Origin: Myxococcota bacterium
Lineage (GTDB): Bacteria > Myxococcota_A > Polyangia > JAAYKL01
Assembly (NCBI GenBank): GCA_028278265.1
Contig: JANQET010000406.1
Location: 3,171 to 67,170 of the forward strand
Direction of reading: 5' to 3'
DNA length: 64,000 bases
This document shows positions 36,407 to 47,149 of this stretch, piece after piece. The translations under genes were made by a program, and so were the position numbers. How positions within the stretch are numbered: position 1 is the first letter of the stretch; each line of letters begins with the position of its first letter. Below the pieces are notes generated by a model, which had not been told where the DNA came from, did not search any database, and saw only the letters and a program-made list of their open reading frames with translations.

Positions 36407-38326
36407 TCACCTACATTTGAGAATTTCGGCAATTTTGACCGCTAGAGCCGCCTTGCGAAACGGCTTTTGAATGAACCCGTTTGCCCCCTCCTCCAGTGTC
36501 TCCTGGGCCTCGCCGTCGATACTGAACCCCGAGCTGACCAGGGCGACGATATCGGGATTGATCGCTTTCATATTGAGGTAGGTAGCCTTGCCGGTCATTT
36601 CGGGCATCACCATGTCCAGGATCACCAGATCGACCTTGGCCCAATGCTGCTCGTAGAAGGCCAGGGCTTCAACGCCGTTTTCACAACTCTGGACCGTGTA
36701 CCCCAAATTGAGCAGCATCAGCGACGCCACATCGAGCACCATGCGCTCATCGTCCACCAACAAAATGTGTCCCTTCGAGGAAGAGACGGAATCTACGACA
36801 GTCACATCCGGGGGCTGGGACTCGATCACACTCTGATAGGGCAGGTACAGCTTCATCGAGGTACCCACCCCCACCTCGCTGTAGACATCGATGGCCCCAC
36901 CGTGGTTTTTGATCGTGCCGTAAACCGCGGCCAGGCCCATTCCCGATCCCTTGCCCTGGGGCCGGGTGGTGAAAAAGGGTTCAAAAATACGCCGGATAAT
37001 CTGTTCGTCCATTCCCTCGCCGTTGTCATCGACACAGATTCGCAGATACAGTCCCGGCACGAGCTCGAACGGACTTTGAGTGCAGAACTCAGGGTCCAGG
37101 TCGACCAGCTCCGTGGAGACGATTATCTCCCCTCCGTCCGGCATGGCATCCCGGGCATTGAGCGCCAGGTTCATCAGCACATTTTTCAACTGTGAGGGAT
37201 CGCCGGTGGTAAACGGCTTGGGCGCACCGAGAATCTGCTTCACCGTGATGCGCTTGTCGATCGCGTGTTGGAGAATACCGACCACCTCGGCGATAACCCG
37301 GTGAATGTCCACCCGAATCGAGAGGTATTTTCCCTTGTGGGCAAAGGCCAGCAACTGGGAAGTGAGATCGGCGGCGCGCCGAGTGGCGAGCAGAATGTTG
37401 TCGGCGAATTGGGTGAGAACCCTGTCATCACCGAGCTTCTCTCTCAATAGATCCGCGTAGCCGACGATGCCGGCCAACTGATTGTTGAAATCGTGGGCGA
37501 TACCGCCGGCCAACTGCCCGATGGCCTGCATTTTTTCGCTCTGGTGGAGGCGCTCTTCCAGCTCCCGACGCTCGGTGATATCCTGAATCGTGCCGAACAT
37601 TGTCCGCAGCATCCCGTCCCCATCGGTCTCCAGATAACCCAAACCGTGCAACCAACGTATCTCTCCGTCGTTCTGCCGGACGATGCGGTATTCCTTGTCA
37701 AAGGGTTGCCGTTCCGCGACGACATCGCTCTTGAAGTGCTTTTCCACCGCTTTGCGGTCGAGGCTATGGACAATTCTGATCCATCGCGCAAACGTCCGCT
37801 CAAAGGTGTTGTCAATGCCGAAAATCTCGTCGAGCACCTCCGAGCTGGTCCACAACCCTGTGGTAAAATCCAAGACGTAGTGACCAATCCGAGACACCCG
37901 CTGGGACATCTTGAGCCGATCTTCGCTCTCTCGCTCGGCTGCCCGAGCTTCGGTGATCTTGGTGATATCGGAAAACACAGTGGCGAATTTTCCCGGACGG
38001 GGGGAGACCACCAGGATCTTGAACTGCTTTTTCATCGGACCCCAGTAGGACTCGAACGATGCGGGTTCGCGGGTGTACGCCACACGCGCAAAGATATCGA
38101 GAAAGGGCGCCTCGCCGGTAGTGTACAGCTCAGAGGCCAGCGCGCCGACCGCCTCCTGTTTGGGAATCTCGGTGATGCGCACATAAGCGGGGTTGACGTC
38201 AATGATGCGATAGTCCACCGCCTGACCGGACTCATCATAGACCATCTCGTGGAGGCAAATCCCTTCACTCACGTGCTCGAAGAGCGTTTCCAAGTCCTCG
38301 ATGCGTTCACTTCCGGGCAACTTCAT
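36407..38326 (-). CDS. PAS-PAS hybrid sensor histidine kinase/response regulator
   Basis: Two PAS/PAC domains, H-box [32 protein letters not shown] and a C-terminal receiver (LLVDDE, LDMVMP, KPF). Confidence 0.95.
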   Translation of the reverse strand: MKLPGSERIEDLETLFEHVSEGICLHEMVYDESGQAVDYRIIDVNPAYVRITEIPKQEAVGALASELYTTGEAPFLDIFARVAYTREPASFESYWGPMKKQFKILVVSPRPGKFATVFSDITKITEARAAERESEDRLKMSQRVSRIGHYVLDFTTGLWTSSEVLDEIFGIDNTFERTFARWIRIVHSLDRKAVEKHFKSDVVAERQPFDKEYRIVRQNDGEIRWLHGLGYLETDGDGMLRTMFGTIQDITERRELEERLHQSEKMQAIGQLAGGIAHDFNNQLAGIVGYADLLREKLGDDRVLTQFADNILLATRRAADLTSQLLAFAHKGKYLSIRVDIHRVIAEVVGILQHAIDKRITVKQILGAPKPFTTGDPSQLKNVLMNLALNARDAMPDGGEIIVSTELVDLDPEFCTQSPFELVPGLYLRICVDDNGEGMDEQIIRRIFEPFFTTRPQGKGSGMGLAAVYGTIKNHGGAIDVYSEVGVGTSMKLYLPYQSVIESQPPDVTVVDSVSSSKGHILLVDDERMVLDVASLMLLNLGYTVQSCENGVEALAFYEQHWAKVDLVILDMVMPEMTGKATYLNMKAINPDIVALVSSGFSIDGEAQETLEEGANGFIQKPFRKAALAVKIAEILKCR

Positions 38327-38435
38327 CGAATCCTCCTTGGGCAACAAGGGCGATTCCCCATCGTATCACTCCCTGGCATCGCTACAATGCACAATTCGGT
38401 AAATACGGCAATGAGAATGAAGCTGCGGTGACGAA

Positions 38436-39158
38436 TCAGTACGGCTGTTGACCCATGTAGTTTCCGCCGGGGGCGTAGTCACAAACGACATACCAGGCGT
38501 TGTTGACGTTCAGACCTTCGAGTGTATCGCATCGGATGATACCACATCCCACGCGTTTGGTGTCGCGCCAGACGATTTGGGTGTAGTGACCACACATCTC
38601 CCCTTCGTCACAGCTGTTATCGTCATAGTGGTAATAGGTGTACTCTGAGAACCAGCTGCCCACCACCGCGTCGGCCGATGGGGCGCTCCCGCCCCAGCTG
38701 GCATAGATATTCTCTCCCACGTAGACATTCTCGCCGCCGGCAGCGGCGTACTGCTCGGTGCGAGCGTCGTTGTGTCCCCAGACGCACAATTCGGCGTAAT
38801 TTTGAGCGACCCCGGCCAAAATGGCATCCCAAGTGAAATCGTCCAATGGCGGAGACGCGACCGGCTGTCCCGACACCTCGCCGGCGTTGATCTGCTGCCG
38901 CCGCTCATTGTGGGCTGCTGTCCAGCCCTCGATATCCCCGTCGGCGTCGCTGTCCCCATCCGTATCTGCATCCGAATCCGCGTCCGTGTCCCCGTCTGTA
39001 TCCCCGTCCCCATCCCCGTCGGTATCCCCATCCCCGTCCGCATCCCCGGACGAATCGTCATCCGAGCCATCCCCGTCACCGCTATCACACCCCGCCAGGC
39101 AGCTCCCAATCCCCCAGATCAACAGTATCACCCAAACCGCACCGCACTTGCCCATCAC
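38436..39158 (-). CDS. CAP/SCP (PR-1-like) lipoprotein with acidic linker
   Basis: LAGC lipobox, DG/DT tract, HNERR, GENI, GHYTQIVW, VGCG and CDYAPGGNY. Confidence 0.92.
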   Translation of the reverse strand: MMGKCGAVWVILLIWGIGSCLAGCDSGDGDGSDDDSSGDADGDGDTDGDGDGDTDGDTDADSDADTDGDSDADGDIEGWTAAHNERRQQINAGEVSGQPVASPPLDDFTWDAILAGVAQNYAELCVWGHNDARTEQYAAAGGENVYVGENIYASWGGSAPSADAVVGSWFSEYTYYHYDDNSCDEGEMCGHYTQIVWRDTKRVGCGIIRCDTLEGLNVNNAWYVVCDYAPGGNYMGQQPY

Positions 39159-39232
39159 TCAAGCTCCTTTTCCAAGATTTCGCGATAAGTATACCCGATT
39201 TCGCCGAACAAAGTAGCCAGGGGGAATCACGG

Positions 39233-39580
39233 TTACCGGGGGCGGGCAGCGCCGGTGCGACATCTGTTCCAATACTCGAGCGCGTTCACCGCCGAAGCCC
39301 GGCATCGAGCCTGCCGCTGGGAGATCTTTTCAGCCTTTGCTTCTGCGATACAGGATTCCTTCATCGCCTGATCGCTCTCCTTTTTGCGCAATTCCACCAG
39401 ACGCCGGCACATCTGCTCGATCTCTTCGTCAGTGGCTTGCGGGCTACATGCCAAGGCCAGCGCCGCCAACATTCCAATCGCCCACCATCCAATCGGACTC
39501 AACGAGCCGCTCCGGCGCTTGCCGTCTGAATGGCGCAAAATTCTACCCTTGATGAGGGGAGTCAGTGAAAAGCAGCCCAT
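39233..39580 (-). CDS. Small Cys-containing lipoprotein (start uncertain)
   Basis: ALAC lipobox followed by a short helical domain with 4 Cys. Confidence 0.6.
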   Translation of the reverse strand: MGCFSLTPLIKGRILRHSDGKRRSGSLSPIGWWAIGMLAALALACSPQATDEEIEQMCRRLVELRKKESDQAMKESCIAEAKAEKISQRQARCRASAVNALEYWNRCRTGAARPR

Positions 39581-39770
39581 CTATCGACCCTACCCCGAGC
39601 TGTTCGAAACGGCAAATCGGCCGTTGATCCCCCTGCACATCGTCGATAGCCGTTGCTGCCATCGTCAATTCCGTTACCGGCGATTTCATCGGGATTTCCC
39701 GACGGGTCATCCCTTGTCGTTGACTCCACCGCGGGCGTGACTACATTGGGCCCGAGATTGAGGTGAGTCG

Positions 39771-40472
39771 ATGATAGGTTTTTTTGATCCGCTCTATTTT
39801 GTTTTTCTGGCGCCCGGACTGCTGCTGGCCGGATGGGCCGCGATCAAGGTCAAGGGAAACTTCAACCGCTACAGCCGCGTTCGAGCAGCGAGCGGCATGA
39901 CCGGCGCCCAGGTGGCCCGGGAGATATTGCGCAGGAACAACATCCACGGGGTTGCGGTGGAGCAATCCGAGGGCATGCTGACCGATCACTACGATCCCCG
40001 AACCCGGGTGGTGCGGCTGTCGCCCAAGGTCTACGGCCAACCCTCGGTGGCCTCGGTGGCGATTGCAGCCCACGAAGTGGGGCACGCCATCCAACACGCG
40101 ACCAACTACGCACCGTTGGGACTGCGATCTGCCGCGGTACCACTGGCCAGTGTCGGATCGTGGGCCCCCTGGATCCTGATGGTGCTCGGGGCGTGGTTCG
40201 GCATGGTGGGGCTGATCTACCTGGGCATTGTCCTCTTTTGCGGGGTTATCGCCTTCCAGTTGATCACCTTGCCGGTGGAGTTCAACGCCTCGACCCGCGC
40301 CCGGGCCCAGCTCCAGGAGCTCGGCCTGGTCTCTGCCGGGGACGCGGAGGGGGTGCGCCGGGTGCTGTCTGCCGCGGCGATGACCTACGTGGCCGCCGCA
40401 GTAACCGCCATTTTAACCCTGCTGTACTACCTGTTTCGTCTGGGCATCATCGGCGGCGGTAGCGACGACTGA
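39771..40472 (+). CDS. YugP-like membrane zinc metallopeptidase
   Basis: GMTGA, LTDHYDP, AAHEVGHAIQH, TLPVEFNAS and AAAMTYVA. Confidence 0.93.
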   Translation: MIGFFDPLYFVFLAPGLLLAGWAAIKVKGNFNRYSRVRAASGMTGAQVAREILRRNNIHGVAVEQSEGMLTDHYDPRTRVVRLSPKVYGQPSVASVAIAAHEVGHAIQHATNYAPLGLRSAAVPLASVGSWAPWILMVLGAWFGMVGLIYLGIVLFCGVIAFQLITLPVEFNASTRARAQLQELGLVSAGDAEGVRRVLSAAAMTYVAAAVTAILTLLYYLFRLGIIGGGSDD

Positions 40473-40481
40473 CAACCGCCG

Positions 40482-41999
40482 CTATTGGCCGGGAGGTGGG
40501 GATTCGATCTCCACCAGCAGTCGCCTCGCCTTGGCCGACACCCCGCTGCCGCTGTGTTTGGCGACGACTTGCTGGAGAATGATGACCGCTTTGTTTTTCC
40601 TACCGAGCACCAACAGGGACTCGCCGAGCCGAACCATCGCCTCGGCCTCCATCGGTTTTTCGACGTTACTGGTTCGAAGATACGCCCTGAAGAAGGTGAC
40701 CGCTTCGGAGTGCCGAGCGAGCCTTTCCTGGAGGATCACCCCACAGCGGAACCGGGCCATGTTCGCCTCCCCAGGGGAGGCCAAGTCGATCAACCGGCGG
40801 TAAGACGAGATCGCGGCCTGCCATTTTCGCGACTTGCGCTGGCAGCTGGCCAGCAACCGCCAGGCTTCTCTGTTCTTGGGATACGCCTCCAGAAACGGCC
40901 CGAGCGCTCGCTCGGCACGTGCATATTCCCCTTGGAAGATCCATTCTCGCCACAGATTCAATTGGTCGTCTGCAGCGCCCTTGGGGGGTAAAGGCTCTGG
41001 TGGCGTCGACCCATCGACCGGTTCTGACTTGGACCGCGCGGGCTTGCGCTGCTTTTTCTTTTCCGGACCTGTACCCCGGTGTTTGGGGATCACCTCGGAG
41101 CGCTCCGACTCGTCCGGCGCTTCGGTGTACAATAACCCCCCCAGCTCCCGCCGGATCTCTTCGCCGATGCGATGACGCTTCGCCTCGCCGCCTGTAGAAC
41201 CGATGAGCGCCTCGCCCTTCTTCAACATCCATCTTTGATCGCCGGCTCCGGTCACCTCCACGATGCCCTTTGCCACGGCCACCCGCACGGCGCCATCCGA
41301 ATGACGGGCCACCAAAAAACGGGTACCGACCACAGCAACTTCGAACGGTCCCGCGCGCACAATGAATCGGCTCTGACGCGGCCTGTGTTCAATCGAGCAC
41401 GCCAGGGTGCCCTGTTCGAGCTCGAGTACGGTTTTTGTCGGTTCGGCGTCGACGATTCGCAGTTTGCCGCCAGAACCGAGCGCAATTAGGTTTCGGTCAA
41501 AAGTAATCATAAGTCTTCCGTCATTCGGTGCATCGAGCGAGCGAGCGGGTTGGGGACGCCAGCGTTCTGTCGTCGTCCCCTCCCGCGAAACCCATTGCAC
41601 GGTCACCGGGATAGAGGGGGTTATCTGTTTGGCGTGTTCTCGTGGGGATGACCCACCCGATAGCTCGGCGGTTCGCTCCCAGCCCTCAAAGAACAGACCC
41701 ATGGCAAGGAGCAGCACCAGACCGGCAGCAGCGCTGAATGCCACCTTCGTCGTTAGCTGTCGGGGTTTTTGACGCTCGTCGCCCTGCCGGATCAACCAGT
41801 TGGCGACCAGCGCGTCGTCGGGATTGCTGTTCATCTCAATAACCTGACCCATCTCGCGGAGTTCGACGGCCAGGTGTCGCCAATCGGAGACCGCGCGCGC
41901 ACAGCGGGGGCATTCTCCGAGATGATTCTCCAGCTCAATCGAGGGAATCGAGCGGAATTCGGCGTCCAGGTACCGCTCCCATTTGGCACAGTGCTTCAT
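40482..41999 (-). CDS. Anti-sigma factor: zinc-finger, TM, FecR domain, TPR
   Basis: HLGECPRC (ZAS-like), a TM helix, the FecR motif LEQG...VAVVGTRF.V...V.V..G.VEV and C-terminal TPRs. Confidence 0.88.
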   Translation of the reverse strand: MKHCAKWERYLDAEFRSIPSIELENHLGECPRCARAVSDWRHLAVELREMGQVIEMNSNPDDALVANWLIRQGDERQKPRQLTTKVAFSAAAGLVLLLAMGLFFEGWERTAELSGGSSPREHAKQITPSIPVTVQWVSREGTTTERWRPQPARSLDAPNDGRLMITFDRNLIALGSGGKLRIVDAEPTKTVLELEQGTLACSIEHRPRQSRFIVRAGPFEVAVVGTRFLVARHSDGAVRVAVAKGIVEVTGAGDQRWMLKKGEALIGSTGGEAKRHRIGEEIRRELGGLLYTEAPDESERSEVIPKHRGTGPEKKKQRKPARSKSEPVDGSTPPEPLPPKGAADDQLNLWREWIFQGEYARAERALGPFLEAYPKNREAWRLLASCQRKSRKWQAAISSYRRLIDLASPGEANMARFRCGVILQERLARHSEAVTFFRAYLRTSNVEKPMEAEAMVRLGESLLVLGRKNKAVIILQQVVAKHSGSGVSAKARRLLVEIESPPPGQ

Positions 42000-42598
42000 C
42001 GCTCCCCCTCTCTTTCGCCACGCTCAGACAGCTGGGTCGCCCGCAACAGCGTTTTTCGCGCGCGGTGCATTCGGGTGCGCACCGCCCGATGGCTGATCTT
42101 GAGAATCTGAGCGGCTTCCTCACCGGAGAACCCCTCGACCGCACAGAGCATCAGCACCTCCCGCTGGTTTCGCGGTAGGCGCTCCACCAGTTGGGCCAAG
42201 GTTTCTCTCAGCTCAGCCGTTCTGGCCGGTGAGCCCTCGGTCCGCAGCGCTATCCCCACCGGCTGATCACTCTGTTGGCGCAACAGCTGACGGTGCAACC
42301 AGGTGTCCCGGCGCCAGTGCCGCGCGACCCGTACGGCAATACCGAACAACCAGGGGCGAAACTTGGCGTCACTGCGGAAACGGGCCGCGGTCCGACCCAG
42401 GGTGAGAAAAGTCTCTTGAACCAACTCGTCGCACTCTGCAGCGGAGATTTCCGGCGCAAAGCGGCCGATGGTCACCCGAACCGTACCGGCATGGCGTCGG
42501 TAGAGCTCGCCCAAACCGGCATTTTTACCGCGGCTCAGATCGAGCAGCAGCTCCTCGTCGCTGCGTTTGCCGTTGGATGTTGCCAGTAGTTCGGTCAC
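41996..42598 (-). CDS. ECF RNA polymerase sigma factor
   Basis: SDEELL, LYRRH, DELVQETF, FRPWLFGIA and region 4 LPRNQREVL...EGFSGEEAA...VRTRMHRAR. The likely start is GTG at 42598. Confidence 0.92.
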   Translation of the reverse strand: MTELLATSNGKRSDEELLLDLSRGKNAGLGELYRRHAGTVRVTIGRFAPEISAAECDELVQETFLTLGRTAARFRSDAKFRPWLFGIAVRVARHWRRDTWLHRQLLRQQSDQPVGIALRTEGSPARTAELRETLAQLVERLPRNQREVLMLCAVEGFSGEEAAQILKISHRAVRTRMHRARKTLLRATQLSERGEREGER

Positions 42599-42617
42599 GG
42601 TCCACTCGATCCCGTTA

Positions 42618-44297
42618 TCACTCGATATTAATCGGCTTGATCCCCACCCCGGCCAGGTAGCCGTAGGATTGATAGGCCGACACGCCCACCACCGAAACAC
42701 CGACCGGCTCGTCGGCGCTGAGAATCTGCACACCGTCCTGACACCCCGTGGGTTCAGTAGGATGATCGATGTATACCCGCGCGACCTCCCAGTTGGTCGT
42801 ACCCACCGCTTCGAAAAAGCTGGCAGGCAGCTCGCCACGGCACTCCAGGTGCACTGATGTCCCTTTTTCCCGGACAACGATGATGTGGTCCCACTCATAG
42901 TCGAAAACATGATCGGTGGTGAAAACGTATTCCTTGAGGAACTGACCGGCGGGCGGTGCGAACAGCATGTAGGGGTCCCCGTACTCGTGGGTATTGTCAA
43001 TCCCGGCGCAAGCACCGGTTTGGCGCGCGCTGGTCATCAGCTGGTACGCCAAAAACGCCGCCTCCGGTTTCAACGGATCGGATGGCGCATCGAGCACAGC
43101 CGAGGCAAAGTGGTCACCAGAGCTGAGAAATTGGACCATCTCGCCGCGCACGGCAAAATGATGGCTCGCCCCGATCGGTTCCGGCGCCGGTGGATCAAAG
43201 CTGATAGTCATGTTGGCATCTCCGGCGATGATACGCCACAGGGTCAAGTCTTCCTCATAGGTACAATCCAATCGGGGTGCGTGTCTGGCCAGCACGGCGC
43301 TCGAGCCCCAGGCCTCGAGGGGGAGCAATTGGTCCTCCACATGGTCACAGCAGCAGAACTCGTCTGTTTGAGGCTGCCCCCCGTTGATGGGTGCATTGGC
43401 ACAGGGGTTGCCCACGAACACGGCAATGGGCTTGTTCGCTTTTATGATCGTTCCCGATAGCCCATCCGGGGAAAACAACTCTGAGGCAATGGTGAGCACG
43501 TCAGCCCGATCGAGCACAAAGGGGATAGTCGTGCTGCCCGCATCGTAGGGCCCGATGCCCCCGTAGTTCGGGACTTCAGCAGTGACTTCGAACGATACGG
43601 TCGTCCCATCCTCAATGGCGGCGACGGTGATTTGGGACCGTTGGCCGACCGCCCAGGTCGCTGCCACATAATGGCCGCCGAGTCGGGGGGTGGGAAACAG
43701 CAACGACGCATCGTTGGAATGGGCGTTCGTGCCGTAAGGCTGCCATTGATAGGCCACGATGGGGATATTCGAGGTGATGCGGAACGCCCCTTTTTTGCGC
43801 AGCCCCTGGGCGAGGACGGCACGGGGTTTGTCCAGACAAGAAACCCCCGCCAATTGCAGTTCTTCGTTGCAGGTGAGGTTTATTACTTCCAGCGTTTGTG
43901 GCGCCAGAGAGGTGGTGTACAGTCGCTCCTGATCACCGCCGATCACCGCGACATTGGCCGGTTCGGACGCGCTCGGGTTGGACACTACAACAGCGAAAAT
44001 TCCATCCCAATTATCTGCTTCGGACTCCATCTCCACGGCGTAGAAGTCACAGCCCTTTGCTGTCAGCTCTCCTCCTTGCTCGTCACACGGTCCGTATAAT
44101 GGGTCGATTGGTGTATCGGTATCTATTTCGCTATCCGTGTCAGCGGCCCCACTGGTATCCGAGTCGGTCTCAGGTTCAAAGGTGTGGAGTTGTCGACGGT
44201 GTTCTTCACACCCGACAACGAGGCATGCCGCAACAAAAACGCACCACCATTCCTTCGGTACCTTGCTGCGGGATTGGACGGTGTTCAACCGGCTCAT
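42618..44297 (-). CDS. IgGFc-binding-domain lipoprotein
   Basis: VVGC lipobox, short DT linker, GCDFYAV, AFRITS..PIVAYQ, SNDASLLFP, DHVEDQL.P...WG and SYGYLAG. Confidence 0.85.
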   Translation of the reverse strand: MSRLNTVQSRSKVPKEWWCVFVAACLVVGCEEHRRQLHTFEPETDSDTSGAADTDSEIDTDTPIDPLYGPCDEQGGELTAKGCDFYAVEMESEADNWDGIFAVVVSNPSASEPANVAVIGGDQERLYTTSLAPQTLEVINLTCNEELQLAGVSCLDKPRAVLAQGLRKKGAFRITSNIPIVAYQWQPYGTNAHSNDASLLFPTPRLGGHYVAATWAVGQRSQITVAAIEDGTTVSFEVTAEVPNYGGIGPYDAGSTTIPFVLDRADVLTIASELFSPDGLSGTIIKANKPIAVFVGNPCANAPINGGQPQTDEFCCCDHVEDQLLPLEAWGSSAVLARHAPRLDCTYEEDLTLWRIIAGDANMTISFDPPAPEPIGASHHFAVRGEMVQFLSSGDHFASAVLDAPSDPLKPEAAFLAYQLMTSARQTGACAGIDNTHEYGDPYMLFAPPAGQFLKEYVFTTDHVFDYEWDHIIVVREKGTSVHLECRGELPASFFEAVGTTNWEVARVYIDHPTEPTGCQDGVQILSADEPVGVSVVGVSAYQSYGYLAGVGIKPINIE

Positions 44298-45952
44298 TTG
44301 ACACCCCCGAATTCATGGGCCCCCATATCGGCATAATCGGGTGTGCCGGCGCCGGTATTGGCGGTTTGGGGATCGTCGAATCGGAGGTTGCCCTCAATGT
44401 CCTCATCTGGGGCTTTCTCCCCGTCAGCGGCGTCGATACACGGCGATGTCGGTTGCAGCTCGAAGTCTCCAGTCCCTGGGTCGACAAATAGCGGATCCGC
44501 GTCGATATTGCCGTCGCCTTCGTGCCCCCCCTCGAACACGCTGTACCCAACGGAAACGGTGAGCTCGGTCAACTCTCCCGTGTTGCCCCCGATCAGTTCT
44601 CCGCTGTTGTGCCACTGAATACTGTTCCAAATCTCGACCAACTCCACACCGGGGTTGTCACCGGAGTGTACCAAGCTCCCGCTCGGGGCGTCATTGGCGT
44701 GCAAAACAGTGTGATTGAACTTAACGGCATATACGGAGGCATCGCCGCCCAAATGCAAGGCGCCGCCGGCAATTTCCGCTGAATTGTTTGCGAAGATGCT
44801 ATTGACCAGCACTAGGGTGCTCACCTCTGTCTGTATATCGATCGCTCCCCCCACTCCGGCGGTGTTTGAGAAAAACCGGTTATTCGTCCAGACCATCGAG
44901 CTGTACCCACCATCCGACAGGTAGATGGCGCCACCGCCCCACAAATTTGCCAAGGATTTATCAATCACATCATTTCTAATGAACCAGTTGTTGTGAACGG
45001 TTATCGCGGTAGAGGCAGTGATAGAGACAGCTCCTGCTTGATGATGGGCTCGATTTTCTTGAAATTTTGAATTCGATATGACTAAGGACTTCGCAGCCAC
45101 AACCTCCAGCGCACCACCAGCTCCGGCAACATTGTTCGAGAACGTACAGCCTTCCACAACCAGACCGGCCCCATCACTGCAGTGCCCTCCGTGAAAGTAA
45201 ACCCCCGCGCCGGAAGTTTGTCCGGTGCCCACGCTGTGGGGATCAATCGAGGTCTGATGGTCGAAAATCGAGCTGTTGCGGATCGCCGTTGCACACCCCT
45301 CGACGTAAATACCGGCCCCGGCCGTCTGGTATGCTTGTACATCGCCGTCGGCGCGGCCCCCGGCAATGGTCAGACCATCCATGGTCACCTTGTCCCCCGA
45401 GACCGTCACCACGTGATAGACCTGCTCTATCTGATTCGGATCGTTCGGGTCATGCCCATCGATGATCACCGGGTGGTTCTCGATGTCGCGCTGCTCGAGA
45501 GCCGTTTCACTGCCGTCGAACCCCCCGTAGAGTTCGACAAAGGACCATACTCTCAACGTGTCTTCGCGGGATGACACCCATACGGGATACGACCCCCGGG
45601 CGATCCAGACCTGACAGTTTTGAATACTCGGACATTCGGTCACCGCGCAGTGGGCCGCGTCGACCCCCTGCTGCAGTGTGGTAAACGCCTCAGCCCAGTT
45701 GAGCCCATTCCCCGAGGAATTCGCTGTTGCGTCGACATAGCGCACACAGGGGCTTTGGCAATCGATCTCATTGGAACAGTCCGGTCCCCCGTCCGGGTCG
45801 GTGTCCGTATCCGAGTCCGAGTCCGCGTCCGTATCCCCATCTGCATCCGAATCTGTGTCAGCATCTGCATCGCCGCCGGGATTGTCCTCCACGTGCACAT
45901 CTTCGGTGCACCCCCAACAGCACAGCAAAACGACCGTCACCCATTTCTTCAT
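44294..45952 (-). CDS. Right-handed beta-helix (pectin-lyase/Pmp-like) lipoprotein with acidic linker
   Basis: CWGC lipobox, DADTDSD tract, G.NW..AF..LQ, YGGF.G.E, repeated FxxN/GGA[IL] and ADPLFVD...SPCID. Confidence 0.85.
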   Translation of the reverse strand: MKKWVTVVLLCCWGCTEDVHVEDNPGGDADADTDSDADGDTDADSDSDTDTDPDGGPDCSNEIDCQSPCVRYVDATANSSGNGLNWAEAFTTLQQGVDAAHCAVTECPSIQNCQVWIARGSYPVWVSSREDTLRVWSFVELYGGFDGSETALEQRDIENHPVIIDGHDPNDPNQIEQVYHVVTVSGDKVTMDGLTIAGGRADGDVQAYQTAGAGIYVEGCATAIRNSSIFDHQTSIDPHSVGTGQTSGAGVYFHGGHCSDGAGLVVEGCTFSNNVAGAGGALEVVAAKSLVISNSKFQENRAHHQAGAVSITASTAITVHNNWFIRNDVIDKSLANLWGGGAIYLSDGGYSSMVWTNNRFFSNTAGVGGAIDIQTEVSTLVLVNSIFANNSAEIAGGALHLGGDASVYAVKFNHTVLHANDAPSGSLVHSGDNPGVELVEIWNSIQWHNSGELIGGNTGELTELTVSVGYSVFEGGHEGDGNIDADPLFVDPGTGDFELQPTSPCIDAADGEKAPDEDIEGNLRFDDPQTANTGAGTPDYADMGAHEFGGVK

Positions 45953-46033
45953 TGGCGTACTCCTACCTCTTCAATTTTCCGGCCCGCTCACCCATACATG
46001 CCTCAAGGGGCGACAAATGTTACCGAGGCCCAC

Positions 46034-47149
46034 TCAAAATCGAAATTGCAGACCGGTCGCCAACTGCCAATCCAAAACAGGTGTGGAAAAGATCAGGCTA
46101 TTATCGGAATCGCGGAGATAGTTCCGCTGCTTTCCGTGCACGCCCAACGAGGGCATCAGCACAATCGAGGCCCGTTCGGCCAGCCACAGGTGAAGCGAAA
46201 CTCCTGCCGCGCCCCTTAGATCCCACCAGGAGAAGGTCTGGTTTTCCTGGGCGTCCACATCGATCCACGTCGCCGAGCGGATACCCCCTACCGTCAGAAA
46301 CGGCCCGATGCCGATGTGCCCGAAACGCCAGCTGTAACCGACCCCTACTTCGCCGCCGACGGCCCACCCCCCGATACTCCCCTTTCTCTTCACCGAAATG
46401 GGGACACGACTGACTGCGAACGAGACGCGCAGGTGGGTGGCCCCACTCAGCCAGATCTCTCCGGTCAGACCGCAGCCCAAACGCCACGAAGGTCCGCTGT
46501 GTTTGGCGATACCACCGCCGGTGGTCAATAGGGTCCCCGCGCTCAACCGAAAGTGATCGGCTACTTGATCATCAACGCTTTGTTTGTCCCCGATGAGAGC
46601 GTTCTCTTCCACGGGTATCACCGGATCGCTTTCCCGCTTCGGACCGAGCAAATACGCCTGACCGAGTAGCTCCTGCAGGGCCAGGGCCAACTCGGACTCA
46701 GCGGCCGGGCCGGATGACGCTTCGACGACCCGCAGAAACGCCCGCCCGGTGGCCAGGGTTACCAGGTATAGGGTCAGCGATGCATCACCGGCCGGTTCGA
46801 GCCAGACCGCTGCTTCGGCGCTGTGCTGATTGATCACCGGTCTGAGCCAGGCGATTCTTTCGTTAATGGATGAAGAGATGAACGCAACGGGCGCGCGAAC
46901 GGAGCTGACCGTCACCTGCTCGAGAGCCAATCTCACTTCGGCGAGACACCGATCTTCGCGCCGAAGCTGGCCCGCCTCCTGTGCGACGGTGAGGAACAAC
47001 ACCATTGGATCTGGTGGAGGATCAATCCCCCGAGCTTCGGCTGCGTCGATTCCACCCAGGGGAATGAACAGGATCAACACCGTCGCCCCTATGAATCGCC
47101 GCCATTGGGCCGCTTGATCTTGATCTCGATTAAACTTACAGGCCTTCAC
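46034..47149 (-). CDS. Exported protein with C-terminal outer-membrane beta-barrel-like region
   Basis: Signal-like segment, periplasmic-type domain, then Gly/aromatic amphipathic strands ending GLQFRF. Confidence 0.65.
   Translation of the reverse strand: MKACKFNRDQDQAAQWRRFIGATVLILFIPLGGIDAAEARGIDPPPDPMVLFLTVAQEAGQLRREDRCLAEVRLALEQVTVSSVRAPVAFISSSINERIAWLRPVINQHSAEAAVWLEPAGDASLTLYLVTLATGRAFLRVVEASSGPAAESELALALQELLGQAYLLGPKRESDPVIPVEENALIGDKQSVDDQVADHFRLSAGTLLTTGGGIAKHSGPSWRLGCGLTGEIWLSGATHLRVSFAVSRVPISVKRKGSIGGWAVGGEVGVGYSWRFGHIGIGPFLTVGGIRSATWIDVDAQENQTFSWWDLRGAAGVSLHLWLAERASIVLMPSLGVHGKQRNYLRDSDNSLIFSTPVLDWQLATGLQFRF

Noticed and set aside
41996..43015. 339 aa version of the ECF sigma ORF
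   Set aside because: The first ~139 codons overlap the upstream IgGFc-binding gene; sigma homology starts near 42598.
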